Below, one piece after another: positions 9,626 to 19,480 of a stretch of 64,000 bases of DNA (its first letter is position 1; each line of letters begins with the position of its first letter). Source of the stretch: Amoebidium appalachense (Eukaryota; Protista; Ichthyosporea); NCBI GenBank assembly GCA_963693365.1, contig CAVNZM010000003.1, forward strand, positions 12,677,252 to 12,741,251, read 5' to 3'. The position numbers and the translations under genes are program-made. The notes under the pieces are model-generated. The model was given only the letters and a program-made list of their open reading frames with translations, made no database searches and was not told where the DNA came from.

Positions 9626-10732
9626 TTACCCCTCCTTCGTCTCCTTGCCCTGCTTCAACATCTCCGCCAGCCTTCCCTTGCGCGCCTGCATGCGCGTGCG
9701 CGTCTCCTGGTCCACGTAGTCGTCGTCGTCCGAGGTCTCGACGTCCTCGCCGGCCGCCCGGCGTGACTCGCGGTCGGTGACGTAGGCGCCGTAGAGGTCC
9801 GTGATGACCCGTGCGTCCTTGTTGATGGGATGCGGGAACCCGGCCACCAGCTCCGGCAGCCGCGGCGTGCACTTCTGCACGCGCACGCGCACGTACTGCA
9901 CGCGGAGCATCTCGTAGCGCGCGAGCAGCGTCTCGTGGTCGTCCTTGAGCTTGTTGAACTGGATCTCCTTCTGCTGCAGCGCGGCCACGCGGGCGTTGAG
10001 GTGGCGGATGTGCTCGACGTAGCGCTCGCACTCGGGGTTGCTGCGCTTCATCTTCTCCAGTTGGTCCTTGAGCAGCTCGTTCTCGCGCTTGGCCGCGTGC
10101 AGCTGGCCCTTGTCCTCCACCGTCTCCTTGAGCGACTTGTAGTTGGCCCGCAGCTCCACCAGCTCGCGGTTGTTGGTCTCGGCGTTCTGGATGGACTCGC
10201 GTGCCTCGCGCAGGTCCAGCATGATCACACGGGCGGTGGACTCGTCCACGCCCTTGCGCTGCAGCGTGCTCTGGTCGCCGATGCCCTGCAGGATGTGCAC
10301 CAACACGTTGGCAATCTCGCGTGTGAGCGCGCCGTTGCTGCGGTTGGTCCCGTTCAGCTGCTCGCGGAACCGGGACATGTCAATGGGCAACTTCCACACG
10401 ACCTCCTTCGAGTCCTTGTTTATATTCCCGTCCTTGTCCAAGGTGGGCATGTCCGAAAACACCAGCTCCACAGCCATTGTAGCAGTGGAGTTGTCACTGG
10501 CAAATGATTGCAGGGCAGTTTCGATGGCCGGCGGGAGTTTGTTGTAGATGTCGCCTATCACTTTCTGGTGGCTCGAGATGACGGCGTTGTTTTGGTTCAA
10601 CAGCTTGGCGATCATATCGGTTACACTCTTGATGTCCTGTGTTTGCACGATGCCACTCGGCCCTCCACCCCCAAACTTCAATTTCGTGAGGATCTCTATA
10701 GCCCTGTTAAGATCATCCTGGCTCATGCTCAT
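9626..10732 (-). CDS. Coiled-coil hypothetical viral protein
   Basis: Long ORF with an E/K/L-rich helical region; AATAAA downstream. Confidence 0.8.
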   Translation of the reverse strand: MSMSQDDLNRAIEILTKLKFGGGGPSGIVQTQDIKSVTDMIAKLLNQNNAVISSHQKVIGDIYNKLPPAIETALQSFASDNSTATMAVELVFSDMPTLDKDGNINKDSKEVVWKLPIDMSRFREQLNGTNRSNGALTREIANVLVHILQGIGDQSTLQRKGVDESTARVIMLDLREARESIQNAETNNRELVELRANYKSLKETVEDKGQLHAAKRENELLKDQLEKMKRSNPECERYVEHIRHLNARVAALQQKEIQFNKLKDDHETLLARYEMLRVQYVRVRVQKCTPRLPELVAGFPHPINKDARVITDLYGAYVTDRESRRAAGEDVETSDDDDYVDQETRTRMQARKGRLAEMLKQGKETKEG

Positions 10733-10795
10733 TTGCTCTTGCCCCACATAATGCAGCTTTGGCCACACCCCACCGCATTATTCCCTCGGTCAACA

Positions 10796-11026
10796 ATGTC
10801 CGTGCTCGCCAACGTGATGGTGTTTGTCTTCTGGGCGCTCGCCGTCGGCTCCATGGCCGGGTTCATGAGCCTGTACAGCGCCATGACGAAGGAGAAGTGC
10901 GTCGAGGCCGCCGTGAAGAACAGGTACGAGGCCTCGAACACTGCCGTGATGGTGGCCCTGGTGGTCACCGTGTTTGCGTACCTCATCTACGGCGTGTACG
11001 CGTCGGCCTCCTCCGCGCAGGTATAA
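10796..11026 (+). CDS. Small two-TM membrane protein
   Basis: Two hydrophobic helices (MSVLANVMVFVFWALAVG...; AVMVALVVTVFAYLIYGVY). Confidence 0.7.
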   Translation: MSVLANVMVFVFWALAVGSMAGFMSLYSAMTKEKCVEAAVKNRYEASNTAVMVALVVTVFAYLIYGVYASASSAQV

Positions 11027-11063
11027 AGGGAGCTCGTCCGCAATTGTTGCGCCCAGTCTCAGT

Positions 11064-11456
11064 ATGGGTGCCGTCGCCTCGCAGCCCATCGTGTGCGCGC
11101 CGGTGCAGACCTTCTTCGTCACCACGGACGCCGACTGCTCGCCCGTCCTCGTCACCAACCGCCTCATGGGCACGCTGACCGTGGACTCGACCCGCGTGAC
11201 CGTGTGGGCGTCCACGCGCCCGCTCTACTTTCTGCCCACCACGGGCCTCAAGGCCATGCCCCCGGACCAGTACCTGCCGGCGGCCGTGCAGCACGGCTGC
11301 GACGCACTGCTGGCGAACCGGCTGGTGCTGGGGGGCGACCCCGAGTCCCTGGGGCTCGTGCGCCTGGCCGACATGACGCCGCGCGAGTTCAAGCAGTACC
11401 GGCCGATCTTCGTGTCCGGCACCGTCACCACGTCCGTCACCGTGCCGCAGCTCTAG
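11064..11456 (+). CDS. Hypothetical protein, putative N-myristoylated
   Basis: Starts MGAVAS (MGxxxS); very high GC3. Confidence 0.7.
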   Translation: MGAVASQPIVCAPVQTFFVTTDADCSPVLVTNRLMGTLTVDSTRVTVWASTRPLYFLPTTGLKAMPPDQYLPAAVQHGCDALLANRLVLGGDPESLGLVRLADMTPREFKQYRPIFVSGTVTTSVTVPQL

Positions 11457-12111
11457 GCGTCATAGTCTCGCACCACGCCAGGTCCTTGAGGAACAGCCCC
11501 ATGTTGAAGTACTGCACCAGGCTGTTGAGGCCCGCCAGGAACGGCCGCCGAAACATCGGGTTGCCGGCCATCCCCGGCACCGGGTGGTTCCAGCGCGACT
11601 TGAGCGCCACCTCGAACACCTCGTCCGCGAGGAACCACTGCATGTTGCGCTTCTCCAGGAAGTCGTACTTGACGCGCAGCGTGCCGTCGCGCACCTCCGT
11701 CGACCCCGGCAGAGCCAGCTGGCCTGCCGACAGCGCCTGGCGCGCAGCCCGGAACCGGTGCGGCATGTGCGGGTCAAATGGGATCTGCACCATATACGTA
11801 ATAAAGTAGCGGTTCTGACCGGCCGCTCCCGCAAATCTGAGCACGTACGCCCGGTCCCGCAGGATGCCCTCGAGCATTGGGCGGGGGATCACAGTGTCCA
11901 GTGTCTCCTCGTAGAACTCCATGACCGTGGTCTCCTCCACGGTCAGGCCCGCCTTGAGCCTCCCGCCAAACACCCCGTACCTCCCGTCACTGTCCTCCTG
12001 TCCGAGGAGGAACAGCACGCGGCGGTCGTGCACGGCGTAGGGTAGTACGCCGGCGCCGATGATGCGACAGTCATCGTCGTGGTAGGGGATGCACATGTCC
12101 AGGACCTTCAT
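11437..12111 (-). CDS. Nudix hydrolase (NCLDV type, degenerate box)
   Basis: GAGVLPY...FLLGQE...FGGRLKAGLTVEETTVMEFYEET and a later EKRNMQWF. Confidence 0.85.
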   Translation of the reverse strand: MKVLDMCIPYHDDDCRIIGAGVLPYAVHDRRVLFLLGQEDSDGRYGVFGGRLKAGLTVEETTVMEFYEETLDTVIPRPMLEGILRDRAYVLRFAGAAGQNRYFITYMVQIPFDPHMPHRFRAARQALSAGQLALPGSTEVRDGTLRVKYDFLEKRNMQWFLADEVFEVALKSRWNHPVPGMAGNPMFRRPFLAGLNSLVQYFNMGLFLKDLAWCETMTPRAAAR

Positions 12112-12169
12112 CAAGTGGAGGGGAGATAATCTGGGGTGGGGTCGGTGCCAAACTCACCAGAAACTTGGG

Positions 12170-12760
12170 GGCGAGCGCGCCCGGCCGGTCTGGGTGAATA
12201 TCGGGTGAACCAGCGTGGCTTCAGCGCGAAGGGGTCAAAAAACGGTCAAAGCAGCGCAGGGTTTGCCAATATCAGGTGAAGCCAGCGCGAAGTTGGTGAA
12301 TATTAAACTAAATTGGCGCGATCCCCGGCCAATATCCAGCGAACCCCAAAACGATGTCGCGCTATCCTCTGCCAATATCCAGTGAACCCCAAAACGATGT
12401 CGCGCTATCCTCTGCCAATATCCAGTGAACCCCAAAACGAAGTCGCGCGATCCCCGGCCAATATCCAGTGAACCAAAACAAAACCTCAGTCAATATCGAT
12501 CGATTCACGGAGCATCCCTTTCAATATTGATCAAATCACGGAGCACCCCTTTGAATAATGCTTGAATCAGATTCACCCGCTATTCGATCTGATTGGTCGA
12601 AAACGGCCAAGATCGATCGAGCTGGGATTTCACACTCTGACCAATCAGAGCGCGCAGAAATTCAAAGCCAGTGCTCCGATGTTTCAGCCAATCAGAGCGC
12701 CCCACATTAGATCACGAGACCCAGCCAGTCTGTTTCAACTCATTCGCAAATATCTTTATT
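12170..12760. repeat. Non-coding iteron-like element, copy A (about 3.5 x 43-bp units plus CCAAT/ATTGG cluster)
   Basis: GCCAATATCCAGTGAACCCCAAAACGATGTCGCGCTATCCTCT repeated at about 12328-12475; homologous to 29460-29900. Confidence 0.85.
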
Positions 12761-12931
12761 TATTTTGAGAGTGGCCAGGTGCGCTCCAAACCAAAAAAAA
12801 AAAAATGCAATGCAATCCCGTTGGACCAAACTTTATAAGGTATTCTGCATCCCGGGCCCCGAACTTTACACACCTGGCCAGCCAGGTAATACAAAACACA
12901 CCCGAACCCGCCATCCCCACAGCAGCCCTGG

Positions 12932-13216
12932 CTACCCCAGCACGTGCTTCTCCAGGAAGCGCAAGGGGTACACCTTGACCGGGCGCAGGTCACCCTGCAC
13001 CATCTTCAACGTCTCCTCGGGCTCGCAGCCCTCCTGCTCGCGCCACGTGCGTGCCAGCAGCCGGCCGACCGTGCTGCTGGACCTGTCGGTGATGCCCCGG
13101 TCGACGAGGAACTTGGCCACGGTCACGTACCCGCCGATCGCAGACTCCTCGATGGCCGTGCTAGTTCGGGTAGGGACAAGGATGTTGGCAAGGGTGTCGT
13201 TGAGCAGCATGCGCAT
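12932..13216 (-). CDS. Short protein or gene remnant resembling the C-terminal domain of antirepressor/Bro-associated proteins
   Basis: GC3-biased minus-strand frame VGRLLARTWREQEGCEP...VQGDLRPVKVYP. Its last ~60 bp recur at 29940-30000. Confidence 0.5.
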   Translation of the reverse strand: MRMLLNDTLANILVPTRTSTAIEESAIGGYVTVAKFLVDRGITDRSSSTVGRLLARTWREQEGCEPEETLKMVQGDLRPVKVYPLRFLEKHVLG

Positions 13217-14648
13217 GCGTGGGTCCCTGTTTGTGGAAGAAACGCCGGTCTCCCCCAGCACTCAGACGTACGCATGGACACCGGAAAACGGTTGCCTCTC
13301 CCTCTCCCTGGAAAGCACAGAACCCGACACGATCCCGGTGTATCTTGCCTGTGTTAAACGTCTCCGGTTCGATGCGCAACAGGATGGCTACTCCGTGAAT
13401 ATCGAGTTCGAGAACCAAGATAGTCCTGGGATACACACCTTCGACACAACTTACGATTCGGTTCGAAACTTCATGTTGGACAAGAGGGGCAATGCTTTCA
13501 AGGAGATCATGGTGAAGCACGCCCCATACCAGATCGAGGAGTACAAAAAGAGTACCATCCCTGGGAACCCAACACCCCCATATTTGCAGGAGGATTCGGT
13601 AGCAGACTTCTTGTTTGACAAACTGTACCGCGGGGCCCAACAAATTTCGGGGTCCATAAAAGACCTGATAGGGGTGGGGTCTGTGTGGACTTCGCCTGCA
13701 GTAGAGGGGAGAACCAATACTATAGTAATGCTACAGACATATCTTCCGAAGTCCACAATTTTCGCCCCCGGAGAATTGCTCCGTACACAACCCAACAACG
13801 AGTCAATGACTGTCCAGCAATCGTTTAGGAATCAACTCAGGAACGATGGCTTCATGACCACCATATCGATGCCTAAATGGAAGTTCTTTTTTAGGAACGA
13901 ACTCGCGACAATGTTGTTCCAATGGCTGACTGACCCCCAACGGGTGCCCTACTTTATTATATACACAGGTGAAGTGCACCATGCTTCTGTCATCATACTC
14001 GTTTCAGGTGACAAGTCGAGTATAGTTCTGGAGTTCTTCAATGTCCATGCCCCGAGTAGCACGTTGACAAAAGCCCTTGTCTCATTCATGAGAAGCGCTG
14101 ATCCCACAGGCAAGCTGAAAGACATACTTCGATCCTTCAAACCCGAAAGGGTTTGCACTGATTTGCAAAATCTTCATGGAAAAAGGACATTGTACGAAGA
14201 ATTGTTTGACAGAGACGAGGTGGTCGATGGGGCCTGTGCGTCTTGGTTGAGTATTTATATACTGCTGCGGACTTCACAAGCCGACTGGTCGTCCATACCG
14301 GGTGCGGATGGGCACACCATAGGCGAGCGGATCTGCAACTTCATCAAGACGAAAATCGCAAGGGATGGGGGATTCCAAGCGGTCTATAAGGTCGGGGGAA
14401 CGATCGCGATGTACGGAAAGCGCCTGATCGAACTCTACGGGGCTAAGATGTATCAAACTGCGGATTGGTGGGCGCAAGACGGCGTCAATCAACAGGAGCG
14501 TTACCGAGAGGTCGTGGACATGGTGCTTTCCAAGAAAGTTCTCGTATTGACCGATACCGAGCTTAAGGATGCAGGACTGCCAACACGCAAGGACGGCGAG
14601 CAACTTGTGAACGAGGTCCGAGAACAAGCGGCGCGGCTCCTCCCCTGA
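13209..14648 (+). CDS. Putative cysteine protease (His-Glu/Asn-Cys order, clan CE-like), paralogue 1
   Basis: HASVIIL...LEFFN...LQ...GACASWLSIYILLR; clear paralogue of 19481-20998. Start is uncertain (13209 or 13215). Confidence 0.7.
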   Translation: MRMRGSLFVEETPVSPSTQTYAWTPENGCLSLSLESTEPDTIPVYLACVKRLRFDAQQDGYSVNIEFENQDSPGIHTFDTTYDSVRNFMLDKRGNAFKEIMVKHAPYQIEEYKKSTIPGNPTPPYLQEDSVADFLFDKLYRGAQQISGSIKDLIGVGSVWTSPAVEGRTNTIVMLQTYLPKSTIFAPGELLRTQPNNESMTVQQSFRNQLRNDGFMTTISMPKWKFFFRNELATMLFQWLTDPQRVPYFIIYTGEVHHASVIILVSGDKSSIVLEFFNVHAPSSTLTKALVSFMRSADPTGKLKDILRSFKPERVCTDLQNLHGKRTLYEELFDRDEVVDGACASWLSIYILLRTSQADWSSIPGADGHTIGERICNFIKTKIARDGGFQAVYKVGGTIAMYGKRLIELYGAKMYQTADWWAQDGVNQQERYREVVDMVLSKKVLVLTDTELKDAGLPTRKDGEQLVNEVREQAARLLP

Positions 14649-14690
14649 GGGCATCAAAAGGTCAAGAATTGAGGTGGATTGATCCCTGCC

Positions 14691-15056
14691 TCAGCGGAGG
14701 ACCTCCCTTCTCAGCGCAGCGGCCAGCCGCGCGAGCCAGGCGGTGCGGTCGTCGCCCAGGCGTGTGGCAAAGTCGGCATAGGACATCTGTGCCGAGAACC
14801 ATTGACCCTTCTCCTCGTTCCAGTAGCGCAGGCCGTTGACATTGGAAACTTCCATGCGCGGGCACCGGCCGCATTCGCCAAAACGGGCTGTGTCGGCCTC
14901 CCAGCCCGCGGCCAGGCGCTTGTCGTAAAGCAGGGCGGCACAGGTGGGTGCGTCGCAGGGCGGGTCACGACCGAACACCGTGCGCACCGCATCTCGCAGC
15001 GCGAGCGCGAGCAGGGTGGTCACGCAGAGCGCCATAAGAAGGAGTACCAGCTGCAT
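14691..15056 (-). CDS. Small protein with signal/TM anchor and Cys pairs
   Basis: MQLVLLLMALCVTTLLALAL; CDAPTC and ECGRCP motifs. Confidence 0.65.
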   Translation of the reverse strand: MQLVLLLMALCVTTLLALALRDAVRTVFGRDPPCDAPTCAALLYDKRLAAGWEADTARFGECGRCPRMEVSNVNGLRYWNEEKGQWFSAQMSYADFATRLGDDRTAWLARLAAALRREVLR

Positions 15057-15104
15057 TGTTACGTCACGGGCGCATTTTGTGCCGGCTTAATCTTCCTGTA
15101 GTGC

Positions 15105-15692
15105 ATGCACATCACGCACGGCGACCGCTTCGTCAGCCGCAACCTCGCGCTGCTCAGCTGCCCGGTGGAGTGGCCCGAGGACCTGGCCAACACGAGGCAC
15201 ACGGGCATGCGTCTGCAGTGGCGGCGCGAAGGCGACCTGGTCACCGCCATGCTCGGTGAGACACGCATGTACTGGAGGGCGCTGCCCGAGGCCAACGTCG
15301 TCACGTTCACCGACGACCGTGCTCGGGCAAGCTCTTTTGGGTTCAGCGACTGCCCGCTCCCGCAGCCCAACCACGTTCCCGACACGGGTCTGGCGGGCGT
15401 GCGGGTGCGTCTGCAGGACACAGACCCGCCGGCCCTCCCCCCGCCTAGCGCACCGCCCCAGGGCCGCGTGGAGCTCGGCGTGGCCTTCTCCATCGGCGTG
15501 CTCGGCGTGGGGCCCCTGCCCATGCCCTCGTGGTTTGTGTCCTCGGTCGCAGACACGAGCCCCACCATGCAGTATGGGTTCCGCGGCGTCAATCTTGCGC
15601 TGTGCCTGCTGCACGTGTGGCGCGTCCGCGTGTGCGTGGACCTGTTCCCGTTCCCGGGCCTGACGCTTTTTCTGGCGCTGCTCGAGCTCTGA
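15105..15692 (+). CDS. Hypothetical protein
   Basis: 195-aa ORF with GC3 bias. Confidence 0.6.
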   Translation: MHITHGDRFVSRNLALLSCPVEWPEDLANTRHTGMRLQWRREGDLVTAMLGETRMYWRALPEANVVTFTDDRARASSFGFSDCPLPQPNHVPDTGLAGVRVRLQDTDPPALPPPSAPPQGRVELGVAFSIGVLGVGPLPMPSWFVSSVADTSPTMQYGFRGVNLALCLLHVWRVRVCVDLFPFPGLTLFLALLEL

Positions 15693-15712
15693 TATTTTGT
15701 AGCCGACTATCA

Positions 15713-16108
15713 ATGCGTGCGCTGCTCCTGTGTCCCCCCCTGCTTGCACTGGCCCTTGCGGCCCCCGAGTGCCTGGTGTTTGCGAGCTCGGCAACCCTTG
15801 CGGCAACCACCGCGCACGTGCCGCCCAGCCCCACTGCCGAAACAAAGACGTGGTGGGCGACCCTGACGCACGTGGAGACCGTTGCAGCCACCACCACAGC
15901 CGCCGCCTCGATCCAAACCATCGAAACCACCTCGGCCTCGGAAACTCCCACCGACACGGACACCGACATATTCGAGATCCCCACCTCCGTCACTGAAGGC
16001 GAACCAACCGACGAACCCATGCCCACGATGCCCGTGGACCCGCCCCAGCCCCCACCAGGCACCAACGCGTCCAACTGGGAGTGCCGTTGCACGCTCATCA
16101 GACGTTAA
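15713..16108 (+). CDS. Secreted Thr/Pro-rich (mucin-like) protein
   Basis: Signal peptide MRALLLCPPLLALALA, Thr-rich body, C-terminal WECRC. Confidence 0.7.
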   Translation: MRALLLCPPLLALALAAPECLVFASSATLAATTAHVPPSPTAETKTWWATLTHVETVAATTTAAASIQTIETTSASETPTDTDTDIFEIPTSVTEGEPTDEPMPTMPVDPPQPPPGTNASNWECRCTLIRR

Positions 16109-16187
16109 TCATTTCTCGGAAAACCAGAATTGGCCTGTCGATTCTTTGTTTTGTTCAGCCACACCAGCTTTTATTTGCGCAAGAAGA

Positions 16188-16790
16188 ATGGACTTCTCAA
16201 ATGCGATTGCCTTAATCATTCTAATGCTTACTACTGGTGTGTTGATATGGGCATACATCAAGTACGAACCCAAACCTGGCGCTGGCAAAAACGACAGTAC
16301 CCCTAAGCCTGGCGCTGGCAAAAACGACAGTACCCCTAAGCCTGGCGCTGGCAAAAACGACAGTACCCCTAAGCCTGGCGCTGGCAAAAACGACAGTACC
16401 CCTAAGCCTGGCGCTGGCAAAAACGACAGTACCCCTGCAGTCGCACGGACACAGTGGTATGCTTTCGACCAAGTGGGGGACCACAGCACGGACAACACGT
16501 TTAACGACTGGCAAGACTCGGTGAACTATGGGTACACGTCGGCCAGTCAGTGCATTGACCGATGCCAATCTACGAGCGGATGCGAACAGGTGGGCTATTC
16601 GCCATGGCAGGATATGGACGGGAAGCGGCCAAAAGGCTATTGCTACATGAGGAAAGCCGTCAAGAAATGGCCGTTGGATGCGTGGTCAAACAAGTCCGGT
16701 GTGGCTGCATCGGAATCGCAGGTTACGTATGTGATGGCCGCACAAGTGCCGGAGAGCGAGAAGCAACATGGCACGCTGGTTGAGTTCTAG
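16188..16790 (+). CDS. Type II membrane protein with repeat stalk and PAN/Apple-like domain
   Basis: N-terminal TM, 5x KPGAGKNDSTP, then SASQCIDRCQSTSGCEQVGY...CYMR (C-x3-C-x5-C...C pattern). Confidence 0.75.
   Translation: MDFSNAIALIILMLTTGVLIWAYIKYEPKPGAGKNDSTPKPGAGKNDSTPKPGAGKNDSTPKPGAGKNDSTPKPGAGKNDSTPAVARTQWYAFDQVGDHSTDNTFNDWQDSVNYGYTSASQCIDRCQSTSGCEQVGYSPWQDMDGKRPKGYCYMRKAVKKWPLDAWSNKSGVAASESQVTYVMAAQVPESEKQHGTLVEF
16272..16436 (+). repeat. In-frame 33-bp tandem repeat x5
   Basis: AAGCCTGGCGCTGGCAAAAACGACAGTACCCCT, near-perfect copies. Confidence 0.97.
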
Positions 16791-16881
16791 CATGAATCAG
16801 ATGAACCAATCAAAGAAAGGCTGGCATTTCCATTGCCCTTTGTGTCCAGAGCTGGCTTCTTTTTTATTGTGCCCCAATGTA

Positions 16882-18240
16882 ATGTCGCATGCGCGCTCCC
16901 GCATCCTTGACGACATGGCATCCCACATCGATTTTTCGGCGGCAGTGGCCCGCCGGGCAGCGTTCCCGCACGGGCCGGCCCTGCCCTCGGCCCCCCGCAG
17001 CGTGTCGGTGCCGAGCGAGGCGCCCCCGCGTGTCGAGCCCCCGCAGCCGCCGCAGGGCCAGTGGCGCTACCACTTCGTGACGGGCGGGTCCGAGTGCCGG
17101 CCGCTGCAGGTGGAGTTTCCCGCCACCCGGTCCGTGCACGGCATCCGTGTCGAGGGCTTCAAGGCGCACAGCGTGTACGACGTGTGCGAGGGCGCAAACA
17201 GGCTGACGCTGTCGCTGTCGTACCTGGACTCGCCCGACGGCCGGCCCCCGGGCATGTGGGTGAAGGCGTCCACCGACGTGTACCTGCCTGTGGGCAACTA
17301 CACCCTGGACACCCTGTGCGCCGAGCTCGAGATGCGGCTGGACGCCGCCATCGCCGCCTGCTTCAACCCCAGCTACAGCCCCGAGGAGGTGGCGGACATT
17401 TTGGAGATGTACCCGGACACGCTGCCCTACTACGCCAGCGTCACACACACGGAGCGGTTGCGCCGGGACGCCGAGCGCAACGGCGAGGCGTGGACCAGGC
17501 ACCAGGACTTTGTGTGCAAGACGCGGTGGGCGCCACGCCGGCAGGGCCCGCGCGACGAGATCGCATTCGAGGCGCTGATGCTCGCGCAGCTGTACTACAG
17601 GGAGAACGCATGGGCGTGGCGTGAGCTGGCCAACGAGCGTGACGCCCACGGGCGCATCCAGTGGCCGTTCCACAACACGCTGTACAACCTCATGACGCCC
17701 TCGAAGCTCGCGCTGCCCGGGCGCCTGGTCATCAGCATCCACCACCGCAAGAACATGGACCCGGACACGATGAAGCACTGGCTGCCGTATGCGTCGGTGC
17801 CGACGTTCTCGCTTGACGTGTGCCGGGGGCTCGGGAGCGTGCTGGGAATGGCGGCCGGCGCGCACGTCAGCCACAGCCTGACAGCGGGGCTGCCACCGCT
17901 GGCCCGCTACTTCGACGGGCGAGACCATGCGGCCGTGGAGGAGGGCGACCAGCAGCTGCCGTGCCAGGGCGACAACATCCAGTGCGTGTTTGGGACGGAT
18001 GCACCCCTGGGCCCGCGGGGGGCGCTCATGGTGCACGTCATGCAGGGCGAGACGAACCTGCAGGGGCGCATCATGGCGCCGGGTGTGCAGGGGGCGGCGG
18101 GCGGGGCGGTGGACGACATGCTGGCGAGCCCGCAGATCTTGGGGACGCTGGACCACGTCGACACGCTGCGGCTGGTGGTGGTGGACGAGACCGGGACAAG
18201 GGTGACTGGCTGTTTCTCGGCGCTGGTCGCGGTTAAATAA
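16882..18240 (+). CDS. Putative minor capsid (penton-like) protein 2
   Basis: SVHGIRVEGF...GANRL...VYLPVGNYTLDTL...LGSVLG...LRLVVVDETG parallels the motifs of 1678-4305. Confidence 0.55.
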   Translation: MSHARSRILDDMASHIDFSAAVARRAAFPHGPALPSAPRSVSVPSEAPPRVEPPQPPQGQWRYHFVTGGSECRPLQVEFPATRSVHGIRVEGFKAHSVYDVCEGANRLTLSLSYLDSPDGRPPGMWVKASTDVYLPVGNYTLDTLCAELEMRLDAAIAACFNPSYSPEEVADILEMYPDTLPYYASVTHTERLRRDAERNGEAWTRHQDFVCKTRWAPRRQGPRDEIAFEALMLAQLYYRENAWAWRELANERDAHGRIQWPFHNTLYNLMTPSKLALPGRLVISIHHRKNMDPDTMKHWLPYASVPTFSLDVCRGLGSVLGMAAGAHVSHSLTAGLPPLARYFDGRDHAAVEEGDQQLPCQGDNIQCVFGTDAPLGPRGALMVHVMQGETNLQGRIMAPGVQGAAGGAVDDMLASPQILGTLDHVDTLRLVVVDETGTRVTGCFSALVAVK

Positions 18241-18267
18241 AAGAGACTCCCAGATAATTCCTGACCT

Positions 18268-18783
18268 CTACCCGCCCATAGCCGCCCTGTCAGCGGGGCG
18301 TTCAACCTGTGGGAACCTGGGCACGAACGAGAAGGACTCGAATGTCGCGTACGCCGCACGGCGCGCCACAGCCATGCCGCAGTGACGCGCGCGCTCCTGG
18401 AACTGCTGGTAGCGGTCGGTGTACTGGGGATCGGACGACGTCTCCATGAGGAACACGCCAAACCTGTCCTCCTCCTCGTCACCGAAGAAGATGATGTTGA
18501 CGACGACGGGGACCCCCTCGAGCCGCCCGACCATGAGCCAGTTGTAGTGCCCCCTCCCATGGATCATCCAGGGCTCCCGCGCCTGTGCGCTTTCGATCAA
18601 GAACAGAAACGACTCCTGCCCGGACAACACATCCTCGCACGGCAGTGTCAGCTGCAAGTAGAATGTGTTCGGCTGGCCCAGCCGTGGTATCATTTCGGCC
18701 AAATCCGAGCCGCCGTCGATAAACACCTCGTGGTCGTAATCCGCGTCCCATCCCCATGTGGCCTGTGAAGTCCCGATTCCCAT
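18268..18783 (-). CDS. Hypothetical protein, putative N-myristoylated
   Basis: Starts MGIGTS (MGxxxS). The upstream part of the tracked ORF is antisense to the resolvase. Confidence 0.65.
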   Translation of the reverse strand: MGIGTSQATWGWDADYDHEVFIDGGSDLAEMIPRLGQPNTFYLQLTLPCEDVLSGQESFLFLIESAQAREPWMIHGRGHYNWLMVGRLEGVPVVVNIIFFGDEEEDRFGVFLMETSSDPQYTDRYQQFQERARHCGMAVARRAAYATFESFSFVPRFPQVERPADRAAMGG

Positions 18784-18861
18784 GCCTGTGCCAACAATAT
18801 TCTTGTAAACGAGTTGGGCAGGGAAGCATAAAAGGGAATCCCCCAACCCCCCACCCTCACA

Positions 18862-19461
18862 ATGCGTGTGGCCGCCATCGACATCGGCTTCCTGAACCTG
18901 GTGGTGTGCGTGCTCAGCACGACCGACGACCCCGCCACGCCCTTCATCATCCACACGTGGGACCGCTGGCTCGTGGGCAACCCGGACACCATGGCCACGG
19001 TGCTGGTGGAGCTGCTGCTGCGCCGGCTGCACGAGGACCGCGCGCTGTTCGCGGACGTCGACATGGTCGTCATCGAGCGCCAGATGGTCACCAAGCTGAG
19101 CGTGCTGGCGCACGCGCTGCAGGCGTACTTCCTCACCCTCAGATTGACCAATGGCCACGGGCCCGGCGTGGTGCTGCAGCACGGCACGCGCAAGAACCAG
19201 TGCGGGGCGTGGCTCGCCCGCCACGGAATGGCTCCTGCGGAGACGGGCAAGGCGGGGTATGCGGTGTACAAGCGGCGTGCGGTGGTCGACACGCAGCAAG
19301 CGCTCAAGCTGCAGAGTGAGCAGGGGTGGCGGGACAAGTTTGGGCGGGAGGGCAAGAAGGACGACATGGCGGATGCGCTGCTGCACGGTCTGTGGTACCT
19401 GTTCTGTCGGAATCAGAAGGGGGGGGTCACGCTGAAAGCAGGCAGACAGTGTTCAAAATAA
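18862..19461 (+). CDS. Holliday junction resolvase, poxvirus A22/RuvC-like
   Basis: AIDIGFLNL, VVIERQ and KKDDMADALL catalytic motifs. Confidence 0.92.
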   Translation: MRVAAIDIGFLNLVVCVLSTTDDPATPFIIHTWDRWLVGNPDTMATVLVELLLRRLHEDRALFADVDMVVIERQMVTKLSVLAHALQAYFLTLRLTNGHGPGVVLQHGTRKNQCGAWLARHGMAPAETGKAGYAVYKRRAVVDTQQALKLQSEQGWRDKFGREGKKDDMADALLHGLWYLFCRNQKGGVTLKAGRQCSK

Positions 19462-19480
19462 AGGTGGCAATCGCCCCTGC

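Noticed and set aside
12328-12475. Possible CRISPR-like array (also 32876-33135 and 38000-41335)
   Set aside because: Units are head-to-tail or separated only by homopolymer/GT tracts. There are no unique spacers and no cas genes.
12765-13208. N-terminal extension of the 627-aa tracked ORF
   Set aside because: Not shared with the paralogue, and it overlaps a better minus-strand frame. The palindrome GCATGCGCATGC at 13207-13218 gives ATGs on both strands but may be chance.
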